A DNA stretch of 64,000 nt from a virus, in IMG/VR virus record IMGVR_UViG_3300026484_000157, positions 1-64,000 of that record, one strand, 5' to 3'. A program made the position numbers and the translations under genes. The number at the start of each line of letters is the position of its first letter. Position 1 is the stretch's first letter. Below the pieces are notes generated by a model that worked only from the letters and a program-made list of their open reading frames with translations, was not told the origin of the DNA and searched no databases. Positions 60,948 to 64,000 of this stretch are shown piece after piece.

Positions 60948-61256
60948 ATGCAAGTTTTTTCAAGCTTAAAAGCTCTTTTTTATGGATTAATAGCTATCGT
61001 TGGTGCATTTGGTATTTTCAAATACAAAAGAGCTGTAACAACTGCTGAAGAGTCTGAAAAAGAGACTCAAGCAGTAAAACAACAAATGCATGTTCAAGAA
61101 GAAGTGCATAAAGATGAAATAGCTACTGTTAAGATGAAAGAAGATATAGCAGTAACCTCAGCAAAAATTGAAAGAGAAATTGATAATGAAGTTAAGACTA
61201 CTATCGAAAAAATTCAATCAACACCCGATAATGAAGAATATGAGATAAAATTATGA
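60948..61256 (+). CDS. Inner-membrane spanin (Rz-like, putative)
   Basis: N-terminal TM followed by a coiled coil. Confidence 0.6.
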   Translation: MQVFSSLKALFYGLIAIVGAFGIFKYKRAVTTAEESEKETQAVKQQMHVQEEVHKDEIATVKMKEDIAVTSAKIEREIDNEVKTTIEKIQSTPDNEEYEIKL

Positions 61257-61588
61257 TAAAAATACTACTATCAATACTACTAATACTATCAATATCAGGA
61301 TGTACAACTAAAGTTATTGAGCCAGTTTACATAAAAGCGGAATGCCCTAAACTTAAAATTTATGATAATAATGCAACATTTACTCTTGGTAAGGTTTACA
61401 ATTCTAATGGTAAAATTTGCATAAAAAGTTGGGGTACATGTGTTCCTAAGGACAAAATTATAGAATTAGTGAATTATACTTCTTCATTGAAAGAAACAAT
61501 CTTAAAATATGAAAATCAGATCACTAAGTACAATAATTACAAGGGAACACAGAATGGATTTAGGGAAAATATCAACTCATCTAAATGA
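61253..61588 (+). CDS. Outer-membrane spanin lipoprotein (Rz1-like, putative)
   Basis: LSISG-C lipobox, CPKL, overlaps the i-spanin-like gene. Confidence 0.65.
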   Translation: MIKILLSILLILSISGCTTKVIEPVYIKAECPKLKIYDNNATFTLGKVYNSNGKICIKSWGTCVPKDKIIELVNYTSSLKETILKYENQITKYNNYKGTQNGFRENINSSK

Positions 61589-62033
61589 ACTAAAAGATAA
61601 CTTAATTTATACCGTTCAGTCATCGGAAAACACTAGCGATTTGTCTTCTCGATTGATTGAACTTACAAAAACTGATCCAGATAATGCTGACATTTACCAA
61701 TTAATAGTACTGGTCAACTCAAATCTAGAAACAGATCATAAATCTTTTAAAGCAATCACTATAAAAATCATAAATGACATGATCACTTCAAAATTAACAA
61801 TTTTACAAACATTAGGAACTATGGATACAAGAGTTAAAACATTAGAATCTAAGATAAAAGCCGAGACTAAAGGTGTTAAAGTTCCTTTTGTAGGAAACCT
61901 AAAGCTCAAAGATTTATGGTTATTTGTGGTTTCATTATTCACAATTTTGGTGCTTTCTTACAAAATTGTACCACAAGAGACTGCAAAAGTAATGGAAGGT
62001 ATAACAACCATATCAAAGAAAGGTGGGAAATAA
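61554..62033 (+). CDS. Membrane protein (cytoplasmic helical domain plus C-terminal TM)
   Basis: Start reassigned to ATG 61554 (AAGGGA RBS); TM LWLFVVSLFTILVLSY. Confidence 0.6.
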   Translation: MDLGKISTHLNELKDNLIYTVQSSENTSDLSSRLIELTKTDPDNADIYQLIVLVNSNLETDHKSFKAITIKIINDMITSKLTILQTLGTMDTRVKTLESKIKAETKGVKVPFVGNLKLKDLWLFVVSLFTILVLSYKIVPQETAKVMEGITTISKKGGK

Positions 62034-62767
62034 TGCTAAATAAACTATTTCGGCTATTTAAATCAAAAAATAAACCAGAAGATTCTATTGAGGAAACTTC
62101 AAGTATAAACTTTAGTAATTATATGTCACCCAAAGATCTTAGACAAAACTATGAGGTATTAGCAAAAATACCTGAATTGGTTATGCCAAAAAATTCAAAG
62201 CCAAATATATTGTTAATGGATGATAACATAGGTACTGTATCTTTTTTAAAAGATGACTTAGAATCATATCATTACCTCGCTCAAAGAATAAGAACTAATA
62301 ATCTATCAGATATGTCAGTTAGATTATATAATGTATATAAAGATCTAACTGATAAAGAGATTAATTTCTTAATGAATTTCGATTTATCAAAATATAATAT
62401 CATTGAGGCAACAGGAGATATGGCAGGTTTCTCTGTTGAAAATGCAATCAAAAATGGGGCACATTTTGATATTGCAGTATTGGATATTATTTTAGGTGGA
62501 TATAAAATATCTAAAAGTGAGAACATAATATATGATGGAATTGATATTTATAAAATGCTCATAGAATCTAACCCAAAAATAATAATCAAATTTTACACTG
62601 GTTGTGTTCTCTCAAAATATAGCTATGAATCAATTAAATTCGACAAAATTTTTGGTGATGATATTAATAATTATGCAATTATTAAAGATGAAGACTTCAA
62701 ATTCAGAAGAAAACAACTATTAAAAATACTAATTAAATCGGAAAAGCTGATAAATGAAAGCAATTAA
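62033..62767 (+). CDS. Stand-alone response regulator receiver protein
   Basis: NILLMDD, FDIAVLDIIL (phospho-acceptor Asp), DGID, FYTG, IIKD; no output domain; start at TAATG 62033. Confidence 0.8.
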   Translation: MLNKLFRLFKSKNKPEDSIEETSSINFSNYMSPKDLRQNYEVLAKIPELVMPKNSKPNILLMDDNIGTVSFLKDDLESYHYLAQRIRTNNLSDMSVRLYNVYKDLTDKEINFLMNFDLSKYNIIEATGDMAGFSVENAIKNGAHFDIAVLDIILGGYKISKSENIIYDGIDIYKMLIESNPKIIIKFYTGCVLSKYSYESIKFDKIFGDDINNYAIIKDEDFKFRRKQLLKILIKSEKLINESN

Positions 62768-64000
62768 ACTAGATGAATCAATAAGGTCAAGAATTAACAG
62801 AAGTTTGTTATCTTATCTAATATTAGTCATAACAAGTTATAACCTATTTACTTATTTTGTCACAACCAATTATGTGGATCAACAAAACCAACTAGTAACT
62901 GAAATAACTAAAGAGATGAACGATTTTGATCCTGAGGTTGTATGTAACATAACTGGGTGTGACTCAATAACAATATATACAAATACTAATAAAGAAATCA
63001 CATATAGAAGTATTAATGGCTCTTTAGAAAAGATAAACTATGAAGAGTTACCAAGTCACATAAGCATAGGATCACTACAAATATTCACTGATTTATCTTT
63101 GGGATTTAGCACTAAATATAATACGAATATTCGGATACCTCTTCCATCATTCTTAATAATATTATCTATCTCATATGTGGTATTCATAATTTTATCAGTA
63201 TCATTATTTAGAATGTTCCTTAATAATATTGCAGTCGAATCTAAATGGGCTGATATTATGAATTTTGCAGGTAAAGAAGCTCAATTATCAAACAAAAACA
63301 TGACCCTATTAACTGAGGATATACATCATGAGATGAAGACTCCACTAGCAATAATAGTAAACAAGGTTGACTATCTACGAGAATTCATATATGATCTTCA
63401 AAGAATTGTTAACAGTTCAACTGCAGATAGGGGATACCAACGGAAGTTAGACTTAAAAATTATGGGATGTAAGATGGAATGTGCATCTTGTTTGGCTTTT
63501 AAAAAAGGAACTGGATGCACGAGTTTAAACAAGAATGCTAAAATTGAAGAGGCTTTTGAATTAATCGACTTTTATACTAACTCAATATATAACATATTAG
63601 AGAGAATGAAAAACTTCAAGAATATTAAATATTCAAATGGTAACAAAACATTATATGACATTGTAAATGCATCGGTATCGACAATGAAGTTACATCATAA
63701 AGGATTATTTGAATATTTAATTGATGACAATCTAAAAAACCTAAAATTAGACCATGATGGGCTAAAAAATGAAGATCTACTGAATCTATTTCTTAATCAC
63801 ATAAAGAACTCACTTGAAGCTAACTCTACTTTCATATCAATAAACACAATCCAATATAAAGACAGATTTATTTACATTGATATTGTTGACAATGGAAATG
63901 GGATACCTAATGAAGCCTTAAACCAAGTATACGATCCTAATTTTTCAACTAAATCAGGTAATGGTGATGTAAGAGGTATTGGAATGTACCTAGCAAAATC
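62754..64000 (+). CDS. Membrane sensor histidine kinase (3' truncated; not in the ORF track)
   Basis: Own translation: two TM helices, H-box IHHEMKTPL, N-box NHIKNS, G1 DNGNGI, F-box FSTK, G2 RGIGMY. Confidence 0.92.
   Translation, partial: MKAIKLDESIRSRINRSLLSYLILVITSYNLFTYFVTTNYVDQQNQLVTEITKEMNDFDPEVVCNITGCDSITIYTNTNKEITYRSINGSLEKINYEELPSHISIGSLQIFTDLSLGFSTKYNTNIRIPLPSFLIILSISYVVFIILSVSLFRMFLNNIAVESKWADIMNFAGKEAQLSNKNMTLLTEDIHHEMKTPLAIIVNKVDYLREFIYDLQRIVNSSTADRGYQRKLDLKIMGCKMECASCLAFKKGTGCTSLNKNAKIEEAFELIDFYTNSIYNILERMKNFKNIKYSNGNKTLYDIVNASVSTMKLHHKGLFEYLIDDNLKNLKLDHDGLKNEDLLNLFLNHIKNSLEANSTFISINTIQYKDRFIYIDIVDNGNGIPNEALNQVYDPNFSTKSGNGDVRGIGMYLAK

Noticed and set aside
61916-62032. Hydrophobic N-terminal extension of the response regulator in the ORF track
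   Set aside because: It overlaps the upstream membrane-protein gene; the TAATG-coupled ATG at 62033 is the more plausible start.
1297-62526. Minus-strand and nested alternative-frame ORFs in the ORF track
   Set aside because: All are short shadows of longer + strand genes, with no recognisable motifs.
1-64000. Stop-codon reassignment, tRNA genes, integrase or IS elements
   Set aside because: Genes tile densely under the standard code with TAG used as a real stop; intergenic gaps are short with no cloverleaf; no recombinase or transposase motifs recognised.

Overview
64 kb of a large, AT-rich contractile-tailed dsDNA phage (myovirus), with essentially every real gene on the + strand and tightly packed. 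A holin plus separate i-/o-spanin-like genes imply a Gram-negative host; AAGGA ribosome-binding sites and the lipoprotein signals are compatible with Campylobacterota (inference only). Gene order: clamp-loader (DnaX-like), NusG-like, methyltransferase and sigma-like HTH genes; a GNAT-like::Acb1 anti-CBASS fusion; terminase, portal and prohead protease; an inserted DNA-metabolism block (nrdA, nrdB, thermonuclease, dCMP deaminase, two separate fragments of a family A DNA polymerase flanking a Pif1-like helicase); scaffold, decoration and major capsid; neck, sheath, tube, tape measure and T4-like baseplate; fibre/receptor-binding genes; endolysin; holin and spanins; and a two-component system (stand-alone receiver plus membrane histidine kinase, truncated by the window end and absent from the ORF track). 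Most notable: (1) the kinase/receiver pair translationally coupled to the lysis cassette, with a CX3CX2CX8C insert in the kinase; (2) a PolA split over at least three genes; (3) recurrent RBS-sequestering hairpins and a repeated AAGGACTCGGAAA leader motif. All family assignments are from motif recognition, not database searches.
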